The position numbers were made by a program, and so were the translations under genes. A stretch of DNA of 64,000 nucleotides. Source: Candidatus Omnitrophota bacterium (lineage in GTDB: Bacteria; Omnitrophota; Gorgyraeia; Duberdicusellales; 4484-171). Numbering within the stretch: position 1 is the stretch's first letter; every line of letters starts with the position of its first letter. A model generated the notes under the pieces. It ran no database searches. It was not told the origin of the DNA and saw only the letters and a program-made list of their open reading frames with translations. The stretch covers positions 64,533 to 128,532 of the forward strand of contig JBDRJF010000024.1 of NCBI GenBank assembly GCA_043815185.1, given 5' to 3'. Below are positions 1-8,133 of this stretch, piece after piece.

Positions 1-78
1 TTCCCAACAAACATTTTTCTGTTTGATAAACTTTATTCTGTATTTTTCCCAAACACCGTTAAAGTTTATTACTTTCAT
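1..78 (-). CDS. ABC transporter ATP-binding subunit, N-terminal fragment cut by window edge
   Basis: Reverse-strand ATG at 78..76 overlaps the permease stop (ATGA). The frame stays open to base 1 (MKVINFNGVWEKYRIKFIKQKNVCWE). Permease-then-ATPase order is usual for ABC-2 exporters. Too short to see Walker motifs. Confidence 0.4.
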   Translation of the reverse strand, partial: MKVINFNGVWEKYRIKFIKQKNVCWE

Positions 79-857
79 AACTTCTTAAATAATGCTGACT
101 CTCTCTTTATAAAGAACCCGTAACCCCCAATGAAAAAGACTGTTGAAACCAAGAATGATATGAATATGAGCTGTAAAGAAGGTATGTTTCCCTCATACAA
201 AACTTGACGGTATAGCATAACATAGTAGGTTAAAGGATTGAGTAAACAAACCCAACGGTAAGGAAACTTTAGCATCTGGGGAGAATAGAATATCGGAGTA
301 ACCCAAAACCATAACATTAAGCCGACAGACAAAAAATGCATCAGATCGTCAGAGAAAGCGTTGAGAGTTGAAAAAATCATCCCTAAACCTAAAAGAAAAA
401 ATAAATGCAATAAAAAAATCAGCATCAGGAATGGTAAAGTTTTAATCATCTGGGGATTAGCAATAAAGAAAAAAGGCAAAAGAAGAATCATCCCTATTAT
501 GAAAATTAAAGAATTTGCAAAAACACAAGAGGCTGGAACAAATTCGCGCGGAAATATACTTTGCCTCAAAATTGCAGAATCAGCAGTAAAAGAAGTGGTT
601 ACTTCATTTATGGTATTGGAAAAGAATAGCCAGGGAATAATTCCCGAAAGTACGAACAGAGTAAAATTAGGAATTTTAACTTCAAAAACATGGGTAAAAA
701 TGATATCTATACTAAAAGCTAAAATTAAAGGTATAGCAACTGCCCACCAGAAACCAAACATTGCTCCGGAATACTTAGCTTTAAACTTCTTAACCACCAT
801 TCCCTTAAGCACAGCTCTCATCTGAAATGCTTTTGTTACTCGGTCTTTAACAATCAT
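75..857 (-). CDS. ABC-2 type transporter permease (Wzm/TagG-like)
   Basis: 260 aa with a multi-span hydrophobic profile typical of ABC-2 permeases. AAAGGAG SD upstream of the ATG at 857. Confidence 0.8.
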   Translation of the reverse strand: MIVKDRVTKAFQMRAVLKGMVVKKFKAKYSGAMFGFWWAVAIPLILAFSIDIIFTHVFEVKIPNFTLFVLSGIIPWLFFSNTINEVTTSFTADSAILRQSIFPREFVPASCVFANSLIFIIGMILLLPFFFIANPQMIKTLPFLMLIFLLHLFFLLGLGMIFSTLNAFSDDLMHFLSVGLMLWFWVTPIFYSPQMLKFPYRWVCLLNPLTYYVMLYRQVLYEGNIPSLQLIFISFLVSTVFFIGGYGFFIKRESALFKKL

Positions 858-1072
858 AATATGCTCCTTTGGGTATTCTTTATCTTAAGAATAACATCTT
901 CCATAGACAAGTACCACAGGGCGCGGTGTCGACAGCAACATATCGTATTGTTCTGGAATAAAGAGTCGATGATGGTTCTACGAGCTGACTTATAGTTCTT
1001 ATCATAAACCAGATAGCAACCAGTTGTGAGCCTATAAAAACAGTATTTACGTAAAATAGAGACCTCTTCTTT

Positions 1073-1642
1073 TTAAAGGTTCGCTATTTTACTTATAACC
1101 TTTTGGGCGATATTTGCGTAACTATCAGCCTTCTCTATATTATCTACCTGAGCAAAAATAACTCTTACTTTACTTTTGTGGAAAAGTCTTACCCCTTTAG
1201 AGAATACTTTATCGGTTCCGTAAATTCTGGCTGCAATTACTGGAACTCCGGCTTTTTTACAAAGAAAGCCTACGCCGTTATTGGTTACCTCAAAACTCTC
1301 CCCCCGTGTGCCTTGAGGAAAAACAAGCAACGGCTTGACTTTAAGTGTTTTTAAAGCTAAGCGCATAGCCTTGATGTCACTCTTTCCTCTCTTTAAAGGT
1401 ATTGCACCTACATCCTTAAGGTATAAAATAGCTAGCTTATTTTTAAATAGCTCCTCTTTAGCCAAAAAACCTACTTTTCGAGGAGAACCAATAACTAAAA
1501 AAATCGGGTCTAAATTACTTAAGTGATTTGAGGCTAAGATAAAGGGTCCCAACTTCGGAATAGCTTCTCTCCCCTCTATTTTTAACTCACAGAATAGCTT
1601 TGAAAAACAGTATACTAAAAAATTTGAGAGTCTATAAAGCAT
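1073..1642 (-). CDS. plsC: 1-acyl-sn-glycerol-3-phosphate acyltransferase
   Basis: 189 aa with the HX4D acyltransferase motif (SNHLSNLDP) and an FPQGTR block. Confidence 0.85.
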   Translation of the reverse strand: MLYRLSNFLVYCFSKLFCELKIEGREAIPKLGPFILASNHLSNLDPIFLVIGSPRKVGFLAKEELFKNKLAILYLKDVGAIPLKRGKSDIKAMRLALKTLKVKPLLVFPQGTRGESFEVTNNGVGFLCKKAGVPVIAARIYGTDKVFSKGVRLFHKSKVRVIFAQVDNIEKADSYANIAQKVISKIANL

Positions 1643-3050
1643 AAACCTTATTTTTCCCTAAGGTAACCAGACTCTTGGCCTTTTTTCGGCTTTTACTCTC
1701 GGCATAAACTCTTACAATGGGTTCGGTTCCTGACTTTCTGAACATCAACCAGCTATCTTTAGCTATCAGCTTTATCCCATCAAGAGTATTTATCCGCTCA
1801 ACTTTTTGACCGCAAAGATAGGTAGGTAATTTCATATCCGACAAACTCCGCTTGACACTTTTTATCGGAATAGCTGTACGGCTATAGTAATAACGGCCGT
1901 ATTGTTTGTAAAACTTAGCTAACAACGTGCTAAATTTTTTACCTTCAAACGCAACCATCTCTAAAAGAAGAAGGAAGGCTGCTGATCCGTCTCTTTCGGG
2001 AATATATCCTTTAAAACCAATTCCTCCGGCTTCTTCTCCGCCAATACAAATAAGTTTATCTTTAAATAGTCTGGATATGTATTTAAATCCTACCGGAGTT
2101 TCATAGCAAGCGACCCCTAAAGAAAAAGCGACCTTATCAACCAGATTGCTGCCGACAACAGTCTTAGCAATTCCTCCTTTAATCTTTCTATTTTTGATCA
2201 TATGTATAGCTAAAAGAGGTAAAATAACCTGGGCGTTAATGTAATTACCTCGCTCATCAATCATAGCAATTCTATCAGCATCACCATCTAAGACTATCCC
2301 CATATCGTATTTTCCCGTCTTCACCTTATATATAAGCTCTCCTAAATTGCTGGCTATCGGCTCAGGGTGAATCCCGCCAAAAGAAGGATTAAACTCATTA
2401 TGAAGGTAATCTACCTTTAGATTACTGGAGCCTAAGATTCTCTCGACAAAATTGTTTCCAGAACCATACATTACATCTACTAAAACTTTTAACTTCAGTT
2501 GCTTTACGCGTTTTATGTTTATAAATTTTCTTAAGAATCCGATATAATCCTGAGTTAAGTCTCTTGATTGTATTAAATTCTTCTTCTTGGCCAAAGTTAT
2601 ATCCATATACTTAGGCTTACGTCTGCCTAAAAGGCGTTCTACTTTATCGGTCAGTGATTTATCAGCTGAACCACCTTCAGAAGTTTTAATCTTTAAACCA
2701 TTAAATTTAGCCGGGTTATGAGATGCCGTAATCATAATGCCCAAATCATAACTCTTGTTGTAGCAGTGGTAACTCACTGCCGGAGTAGGAACATCTTGGT
2801 CAGATAGGCTAACCTTTATTTTATTTGCAGCCAGTACGCAACCTACGGTTTCAGCAAACTCCCGGGATAAGAATCGGCGATCATAACCAATAACAACTTT
2901 TTTTCTTTTAGCGGTTTTATTGCTCCTGTCCCTAAAGGGATGGCTGCGCCTAAGATGATCAGCAATTGCCTGAGAAACTATTTTTAGGTTTTCGAAAGTA
3001 AAATCCTCGGCTATAACTGCTCGCCATCCATCTGTGCCAAACTTAATCAT
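1632..3050 (-). CDS. phosphoglucomutase/phosphomannomutase family protein
   Basis: 472 aa with motifs TASHNPAKFNG (catalytic Ser), DGDADR (Mg), GGEEAGG and RKSGTEP. Confidence 0.9.
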   Translation of the reverse strand: MIKFGTDGWRAVIAEDFTFENLKIVSQAIADHLRRSHPFRDRSNKTAKRKKVVIGYDRRFLSREFAETVGCVLAANKIKVSLSDQDVPTPAVSYHCYNKSYDLGIMITASHNPAKFNGLKIKTSEGGSADKSLTDKVERLLGRRKPKYMDITLAKKKNLIQSRDLTQDYIGFLRKFINIKRVKQLKLKVLVDVMYGSGNNFVERILGSSNLKVDYLHNEFNPSFGGIHPEPIASNLGELIYKVKTGKYDMGIVLDGDADRIAMIDERGNYINAQVILPLLAIHMIKNRKIKGGIAKTVVGSNLVDKVAFSLGVACYETPVGFKYISRLFKDKLICIGGEEAGGIGFKGYIPERDGSAAFLLLLEMVAFEGKKFSTLLAKFYKQYGRYYYSRTAIPIKSVKRSLSDMKLPTYLCGQKVERINTLDGIKLIAKDSWLMFRKSGTEPIVRVYAESKSRKKAKSLVTLGKNKVYAL

Positions 3051-3059
3051 TACTCCTCC

Positions 3060-3623
3060 TTACATTTTATAAAGTTCATGTTGTTGGATATACTTAGCGA
3101 CATTTTCAGTAACCAAATGCCTTATAGAACAGCCGTTTTTTACTAATTCCCGTATTTGAGATGAAGATGCTTCTATCTGCCGAATATTTACCGTATGGTA
3201 AAACTCATTGTCATCCAAAGGGTATTCCCTGCGTTTCCCAACTACTATTTTGACTTCTTTTTTTAAATCTTGATAATTCCTCCAAGTGGATAATGTCTCT
3301 GTTAAATCTGAACCGACAATGAGATAAAATTCATCTTCGGGAAATTTCTTTTTTAATTCCCGGATAGTATCAATAGTAAAAGAGACGCCTTCTCTTTTTA
3401 TCTCTAAATCCAAAACTTCAAATTTCTTATTGCCAAAAGTTGCTAATTTTGCCATTTCGAGCCGCAGTTTCGCATCAGCTTCTAAAGCCTCTTTATAGGG
3501 AGAGATATTGGTGGGAATAAAAAAAACTTTATCCAAGCTCAGTATCTCTGAAATGTCTTGAGCTAAGGTTAAATGCCCGATATGCGGAGGATTAAATGCT
3601 CCTCCCAATACGCCTATCTTCAT
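3060..3623 (-). CDS. nadD: nicotinate-nucleotide adenylyltransferase
   Basis: 187 aa with the N-terminal GGAFNPPHIGH nucleotidyltransferase motif. Confidence 0.9.
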   Translation of the reverse strand: MKIGVLGGAFNPPHIGHLTLAQDISEILSLDKVFFIPTNISPYKEALEADAKLRLEMAKLATFGNKKFEVLDLEIKREGVSFTIDTIRELKKKFPEDEFYLIVGSDLTETLSTWRNYQDLKKEVKIVVGKRREYPLDDNEFYHTVNIRQIEASSSQIRELVKNGCSIRHLVTENVAKYIQQHELYKM

Positions 3624-3628
3624 CTTTT

Positions 3629-4879
3629 TTATGTTCTTACCTGCCCGTTTCCTTTAGCTATATACTTATAAGTAGTTAGCTCTTCTAAACCCATAGGGCC
3701 TCGGGCATGCAGTTTGTCAGTAGAAATACCTATCTCTGCCCCTAATCCAAATTGGTAACCGTCACTAAAGCGAGTAGAGATATTTATGAAGCAGCAAGCA
3801 GAATCTACTTCTTTTACGAATTTACTAGCATTCTTAAAATTCTTAGTGAGAATACTCTCAGTATGCCTTGAGCCGTAAGTGTTAATATGTTTGATTGCCT
3901 CACCAACATTCTTGACTATCTTAATCGAAACAATCAGATCTAAATACTCTTTAGACCAATCAGCAGCGCTTGCTTTAGCCACTCCCGGTAGTATTTTCCT
4001 GCTTTGCTTATCAGCCCTTATCATAACTCCTAAGGAATCAAATTTCTTCTTCAAAACAGGCAAGAAACTCCTGGCAACCCCCTTATGGACAAGGATTGTC
4101 TCTACGGCATTACAAACCGAAGGCCTTTGAACCTTAGCATTAACGCATATTGTTAAAGCTTTTTTAAAATCAACTTGGCCATCGACGAATATATGGCAGA
4201 CTCCTTTATAGTGCTTTATCACCGGAATCTGCGAGATCTTAACTACTTTTCGTATCAAAGCCTCTCCGCCCCGGGGAATAACTAAATCAATGTATTTATC
4301 CTGTATCAAAAGTTCATCTACTATTTTGCGATCGACTCTATCAACTACGAAAAATACCGGAAAGTTAATGCCGTTCTTTCGGCAAGCTGTGGTTAACACC
4401 TTAGCGATAGCTTTATTAGAATTTATAGCATCCCCCCCGCCTCTTAGTATCCCTATATTCGAAGTTTTAAATAATAAGCCCACACAGTCGCTGGTAACAT
4501 TCGGCCTTGCTTCGTAAACAATCAATACCACCCCTATCGGGACTCTGACTCTCTGGACTGTTATTCCATTAGGCCTTTTGTTAGTTGATATAATTTGTCC
4601 GACCGGATCAGCTAAATTCGCTACTGTCATCAGAGAGGTACTCATCTCTTTAAGGCGCTTATCGTTTAGAGTTAATCTGTCGATAAAGCTTAAATTTAAG
4701 TTCTTCTTCCTGGCCAAAGCAATATCTTTTTTATTGGCCTGGATAATAACTCCTTTATTTTTTATCAAGGCCCGGGCCATATTTTGAAGAGCCCTGTTTT
4801 TCTGAGCAGTAGTTAGGTTGGCTAACTTATAGCTAGAGTCCTTGGCGTCTTTTACTAATTTTTTGACGTAGTTACTCAT
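3629..4879 (-). CDS. proA: gamma-glutamyl phosphate reductase
   Basis: 416 aa aldehyde-dehydrogenase-fold protein directly downstream of proB, with a ProA-typical sequence pattern throughout. Confidence 0.9.
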   Translation of the reverse strand: MSNYVKKLVKDAKDSSYKLANLTTAQKNRALQNMARALIKNKGVIIQANKKDIALARKKNLNLSFIDRLTLNDKRLKEMSTSLMTVANLADPVGQIISTNKRPNGITVQRVRVPIGVVLIVYEARPNVTSDCVGLLFKTSNIGILRGGGDAINSNKAIAKVLTTACRKNGINFPVFFVVDRVDRKIVDELLIQDKYIDLVIPRGGEALIRKVVKISQIPVIKHYKGVCHIFVDGQVDFKKALTICVNAKVQRPSVCNAVETILVHKGVARSFLPVLKKKFDSLGVMIRADKQSRKILPGVAKASAADWSKEYLDLIVSIKIVKNVGEAIKHINTYGSRHTESILTKNFKNASKFVKEVDSACCFINISTRFSDGYQFGLGAEIGISTDKLHARGPMGLEELTTYKYIAKGNGQVRT

Positions 4880-4892
4880 AAAAACCTTGCAA

Positions 4893-5984
4893 TCATTTCC
4901 TATTCTTATGGTAAGACCAATCTTGAGCTATTTTAACAAAGTTATCTCGATGTATTACCTCTTTAGAAAAAGGTTTGGATTGAGATTTTCTTAAATCATC
5001 AGAACTATAGTTAACTAAACCGCAGCCTAAAGCTGCTTCCTCTTTATCAACTACTATCACTGCATCACCTTTATTAAAGCTCGCTGTAACTTTTACAATA
5101 CCAACTGCTAATAGGCTCTTGCCTTTATTTAGCAAAGCCGCCTTAGCCCCATCATCTATGACGATTTTACCTTTTATCTGTTTGCTATCAATCCATCTCT
5201 TGCGTGACTTCTCAATCTCCTTAGAAGGTAAGAAAAGTGTGCCGATATCCTCACCGCTAACTATCCGAGAAATAACTCTCATCTCCCTGCCATTAGCAAT
5301 TCTTACTGTTATCCCCGAAAGATTAGCTTTAGTTGCCGCTGCAAGCTTAGTATCCATACCGCCTTTAGTGTGGGTTTTATCCTGCTTTTTGACTAAAGCC
5401 TTTACTTTATCGTTTATCTGCACAACTTCCTTAACTAACTTTTTTTCATCTAGCAGCCCATCGATATCAGAAAGAATTATTAACTGCTCAGCCCCAATTA
5501 AATCTGCGACTAAGGCGGCTAAACGGTCGTTATCTCCAATACCAATCTCTTCGTGTGATACAGCATCATTTTCATTGATTATCGGTATTGCTTTAGCCAT
5601 CAAAAGCTTCTCTATGGTTTTGCGGATATTTATAAAGCGCTGGCGAATATCAAAATCATCCCAGGTAAGGAGAACCTGAGCACACATTCGTCGATACTTT
5701 TTAAACTTCGCGTTAAAAACATCCATTAATATAATTTGTCCTAATGAAGATATGGCCATAAGCCTGTGTATGTCATTCGGTCTTTTTCTTAATTTGAGCT
5801 GGTTTAGACCACAAGCAATTGCCCCTGAGCTTACTACAATAACCCTATAGCCTTTTTTTTCAACTAAAAGGATATCCTTTACAATCTGCGCAACCAACTT
5901 TGAATCCAGCTTGCCGTAAGGCGCAATAACGCTGCTGCCAATTTTTACGACGATTTTTTTTGCTTCTTTTGCCATAGTGCCCAC
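4893..5984 (-). CDS. proB: glutamate 5-kinase with PUA domain
   Basis: 363 aa with an amino-acid-kinase N-terminus (VVKIGSS...) and a C-terminal PUA-like segment, in proB-proA order. Confidence 0.9.
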   Translation of the reverse strand: MGTMAKEAKKIVVKIGSSVIAPYGKLDSKLVAQIVKDILLVEKKGYRVIVVSSGAIACGLNQLKLRKRPNDIHRLMAISSLGQIILMDVFNAKFKKYRRMCAQVLLTWDDFDIRQRFINIRKTIEKLLMAKAIPIINENDAVSHEEIGIGDNDRLAALVADLIGAEQLIILSDIDGLLDEKKLVKEVVQINDKVKALVKKQDKTHTKGGMDTKLAAATKANLSGITVRIANGREMRVISRIVSGEDIGTLFLPSKEIEKSRKRWIDSKQIKGKIVIDDGAKAALLNKGKSLLAVGIVKVTASFNKGDAVIVVDKEEAALGCGLVNYSSDDLRKSQSKPFSKEVIHRDNFVKIAQDWSYHKNRK

Positions 5985-5990
5985 CTTAAA

Positions 5991-6908
5991 TTATAATTCT
6001 TCCAGACTCTTAGATATCTTAAGTTTAAGAGTCGCAATGGTCTCCGGCTTATTAACGGATATTGTCATGTATTCTTTGCTTGTAACTTTCTTATCCATTG
6101 TATCAATTTTAGTCAACAAGTAAAAATTTTTTTTTGCTCCTAATAAACAGCTATCATAAAGGGAAATTTCCTTCTTCAAATTCCTAAAATCTTCCTCAAA
6201 TGACCTTTTATCGCTTAATAATAACAATATTTTACTACGAAAAACATGTATTAGGAATGTATTTTCTGCTAAATTTAAAGGATCCTTACCTCTTTTAAAA
6301 GGAGGCGTATCTAAAACCCTGAATCGTTGGAATTCATGCTCGCCATTTGCCCAAAAACAAGAAGTAGTAGTAAACGGATACTCGGCAACCTTACGACACT
6401 GATTAGTCAATGCATTAAAGAGGGCGGTTTTGCCGCTATTAGCAAATCCCAAAATCGCTACATCATTAGGAATGCGGTAATCTAAGGTTATTTCTCTCTC
6501 TTGAGACCCTTGAGCCGATATAGTATAACCGCGTTTATGGTTTCCTTTCCCGCCCCGGCCCCCCTGACATATTAAGAATTCCTCTCCTTGACCGACTAAA
6601 TCGGCAACCAATTGATCATGATTTAAAACCCTGGTTCCTGGAGGAAGATTAACGATTAAATCTTGAGCGTCTTTACCTTTCTTGTTTCTGGCTTTACCCT
6701 TTTCTCCGTCGGAAGCAATAAATTTTTTGCTGCCCCTGAATTTACTTAAATCATAGAGATGGGGGTTTACTCTTAAGATAACATTTCCGCCCCGGCCTCC
6801 GTCTCCGCCAGAAGCAACTATTTTACGGGAAGAAAGCTTGGTGACAGCCGAACTTCCTTCTCCGCCTTTGCCTGAACGAAGATAGATTGTTACTTTATCA
6901 ATTATCAC
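5991..6908 (-). CDS. obg: GTPase Obg (short form)
   Basis: 305 aa. Gly-rich Obg fold (GGDGGRGGNV, GGRGGKGN) followed by a GTPase domain. G1 reads GFANSGKT and G4 reads TKID. No C-terminal extension. Confidence 0.8.
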   Translation of the reverse strand: MIIDKVTIYLRSGKGGEGSSAVTKLSSRKIVASGGDGGRGGNVILRVNPHLYDLSKFRGSKKFIASDGEKGKARNKKGKDAQDLIVNLPPGTRVLNHDQLVADLVGQGEEFLICQGGRGGKGNHKRGYTISAQGSQEREITLDYRIPNDVAILGFANSGKTALFNALTNQCRKVAEYPFTTTSCFWANGEHEFQRFRVLDTPPFKRGKDPLNLAENTFLIHVFRSKILLLLSDKRSFEEDFRNLKKEISLYDSCLLGAKKNFYLLTKIDTMDKKVTSKEYMTISVNKPETIATLKLKISKSLEEL

Positions 6909-7255
6909 TTTGCCGGACTTGGAGAAGATGAACTAACAATGCGGGTAATTTTAATAGCGGTATAAATTTGACGATGCCCTTGTTTTCTTCGGTATTTCTT
7001 TCTCCGGTTAAACTTATAGACTATGACTTTTTTGCTCTTCTTCTCTCCTATTAGCTGGGCTTCTACTTTTACCTTTTCAAGATAAGGATTGCCTATCTTT
7101 ACTTTTTTGCCGTCGGCCAAGAGAAGAACCTGATTAAAGACAATTTTGTCCCTGTCTTCCGGCAGGCAGGTTTCTGGCTTTATGCGCTGAACCTCCAGAA
7201 TATCGCCTTTCTCTACCAAATATTGTTTTTTATTAATCTCTACTACTGCTAACAT
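6905..7255 (-). CDS. rplU: 50S ribosomal protein L21
   Basis: 116 aa with the L21-type N-terminus MLAVVEINKKQYLVEKGD, a basic C-half and a Ser/Pro-rich tail. Confidence 0.9.
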   Translation of the reverse strand: MLAVVEINKKQYLVEKGDILEVQRIKPETCLPEDRDKIVFNQVLLLADGKKVKIGNPYLEKVKVEAQLIGEKKSKKVIVYKFNRRKKYRRKQGHRQIYTAIKITRIVSSSSPSPAK

Positions 7256-7263
7256 AGGCTAAA

Positions 7264-7292
7264 ATATTAACATATTGGCCAAAGTGCGTCAA
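7264..7292 (-). promoter_or_regulatory. sigma-70-like promoter of rplU, near-leaderless geometry
   Basis: On the minus strand: TTGACG (7292..7287), 17 nt, TAATAT (7269..7264). The ATG lies 8 nt further on and there is no SD. Confidence 0.45.
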
Positions 7293-7300
7293 GCAATAAG

Positions 7301-7322
7301 AAAAGGGGGATTCCCCCCTTTT
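7301..7322 (-). terminator. rho-independent terminator after the RRM gene
   Basis: G5/C5-6 stem (AAAAGGGGGATTCCCCCCTTTT) followed on the minus strand by TTTTCTTATT. Confidence 0.7.
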
Positions 7323-7375
7323 CTTCTTATTTTTTCTGTAAATTCAAAAAGTATCTCTATTTATTTAAGCTAGCC

Positions 7376-7675
7376 TTAGAATCTCGGTCGGCTTCCACCC
7401 TGGTTAAATCCTTGTTGTCTTGGCGGTCTAGCTTTATTGGCCTTAAGAGTTCTGCCATTCAGTTCCTGGCCATCTATAGCCTCAACTGCTTTCTGAAGTG
7501 CTTCTGCAGATTCTACCTCTACAAATCCGAACCCCTTAGATCTTCCTGTATATTTATCATTTATCACTTTTACATCAGTTGCCTTTATGTCTTTGCTTTC
7601 CAGAAAGCTCCTCAGCGTAGCTTCGTCTACGCTATACTCTAGGTTACCTACGTAAATTTTGTTCTCGTCACTCAT
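7376..7675 (-). CDS. RRM-type RNA-binding protein
   Basis: RNP-2 IYVGNL and RNP-1 KGFGFVEV with a Gly/Arg-rich tail. I moved the start to the ATG at 7675 because the tracked GTG start lies inside the SD GGTGAGGG. Confidence 0.85.
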   Translation of the reverse strand: MSDENKIYVGNLEYSVDEATLRSFLESKDIKATDVKVINDKYTGRSKGFGFVEVESAEALQKAVEAIDGQELNGRTLKANKARPPRQQGFNQGGSRPRF

Positions 7676-7800
7676 TCTTACCCTCACCTTTTTAGTTTGA
7701 AATCACCTATCCTAAATAAACTCACAAACCATCGTTTCCTTATTCTATTGCCTCTTTTCACCCCTCCTCCTTTAGAATAAGTTGTTAATTTGAAAAAAAT

Positions 7801-7827
7801 AAGCTAAACACCAAGTTCGCTTAGCTT
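7801..7827 (-). terminator. rho-independent terminator after the metH/nifU-like operon
   Basis: Stem AAGCTAA/TTAGCTT (7801..7807 with 7821..7827), followed on the minus strand by ATTTTTTT. Confidence 0.55.
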
Positions 7828-7896
7828 TTTCAGCCGCCGTGTTATATTATATTTGATTTTAAAAAATCTGCAATTTAAATTTTCGCCGCCGGATAA

Positions 7897-8121
7897 TTAT
7901 CCGACCTGCTCAACCTCTTTTATCGCTGGTATCGCTTCTTTTAATTTCTGTTCTATCCCCATCTTGAGGGTATAGGTACTCATCGGACAATGACCGCAGG
8001 CACCAGTCAAACGCACCTTGACTATCCCATCTTCGGTAACATCAACCAGCTCGACATTTCCTCCGTCTGCTTGGAGAGCCGGCCTTATTTGGTCTAATGC
8101 TTTTTCAACTTTCTCGCGCAT
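7897..8121 (-). CDS. NifU-like C-terminal domain protein (Fe-S scaffold/carrier)
   Basis: CGHCPMS CxxC motif and typical NifU-C length. The ATG at 8121 follows a GGAGG SD; the tracked start at 8133 is inside that SD. Confidence 0.8.
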   Translation of the reverse strand: MREKVEKALDQIRPALQADGGNVELVDVTEDGIVKVRLTGACGHCPMSTYTLKMGIEQKLKEAIPAIKEVEQVG

Positions 8122-8133
8122 ATTTACCTCCAT

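Noticed and set aside
880-1005. 41-aa minus-strand ORF (MIRTISQLVEPSS...) in the 215-bp gap between plsC and the ABC permease gene.
   Set aside because: It has no SD, no recognisable features and an odd composition. The gap more likely holds the exporter promoter and leader. The locally GC-rich stretch containing the TGTCGACA palindrome remains unexplained.
5119-5679. Plus-strand ORFs of 60-190 aa lying antisense inside minus-strand genes (for example 361..825, 5119..5679, 8876..9307, 24122..24562, 28599..28997, 60565..60912).
   Set aside because: They are shadow ORFs opposite well-supported conserved genes. They have low-complexity Ser/Leu/Ile-rich translations, no SD and no recognisable motifs.
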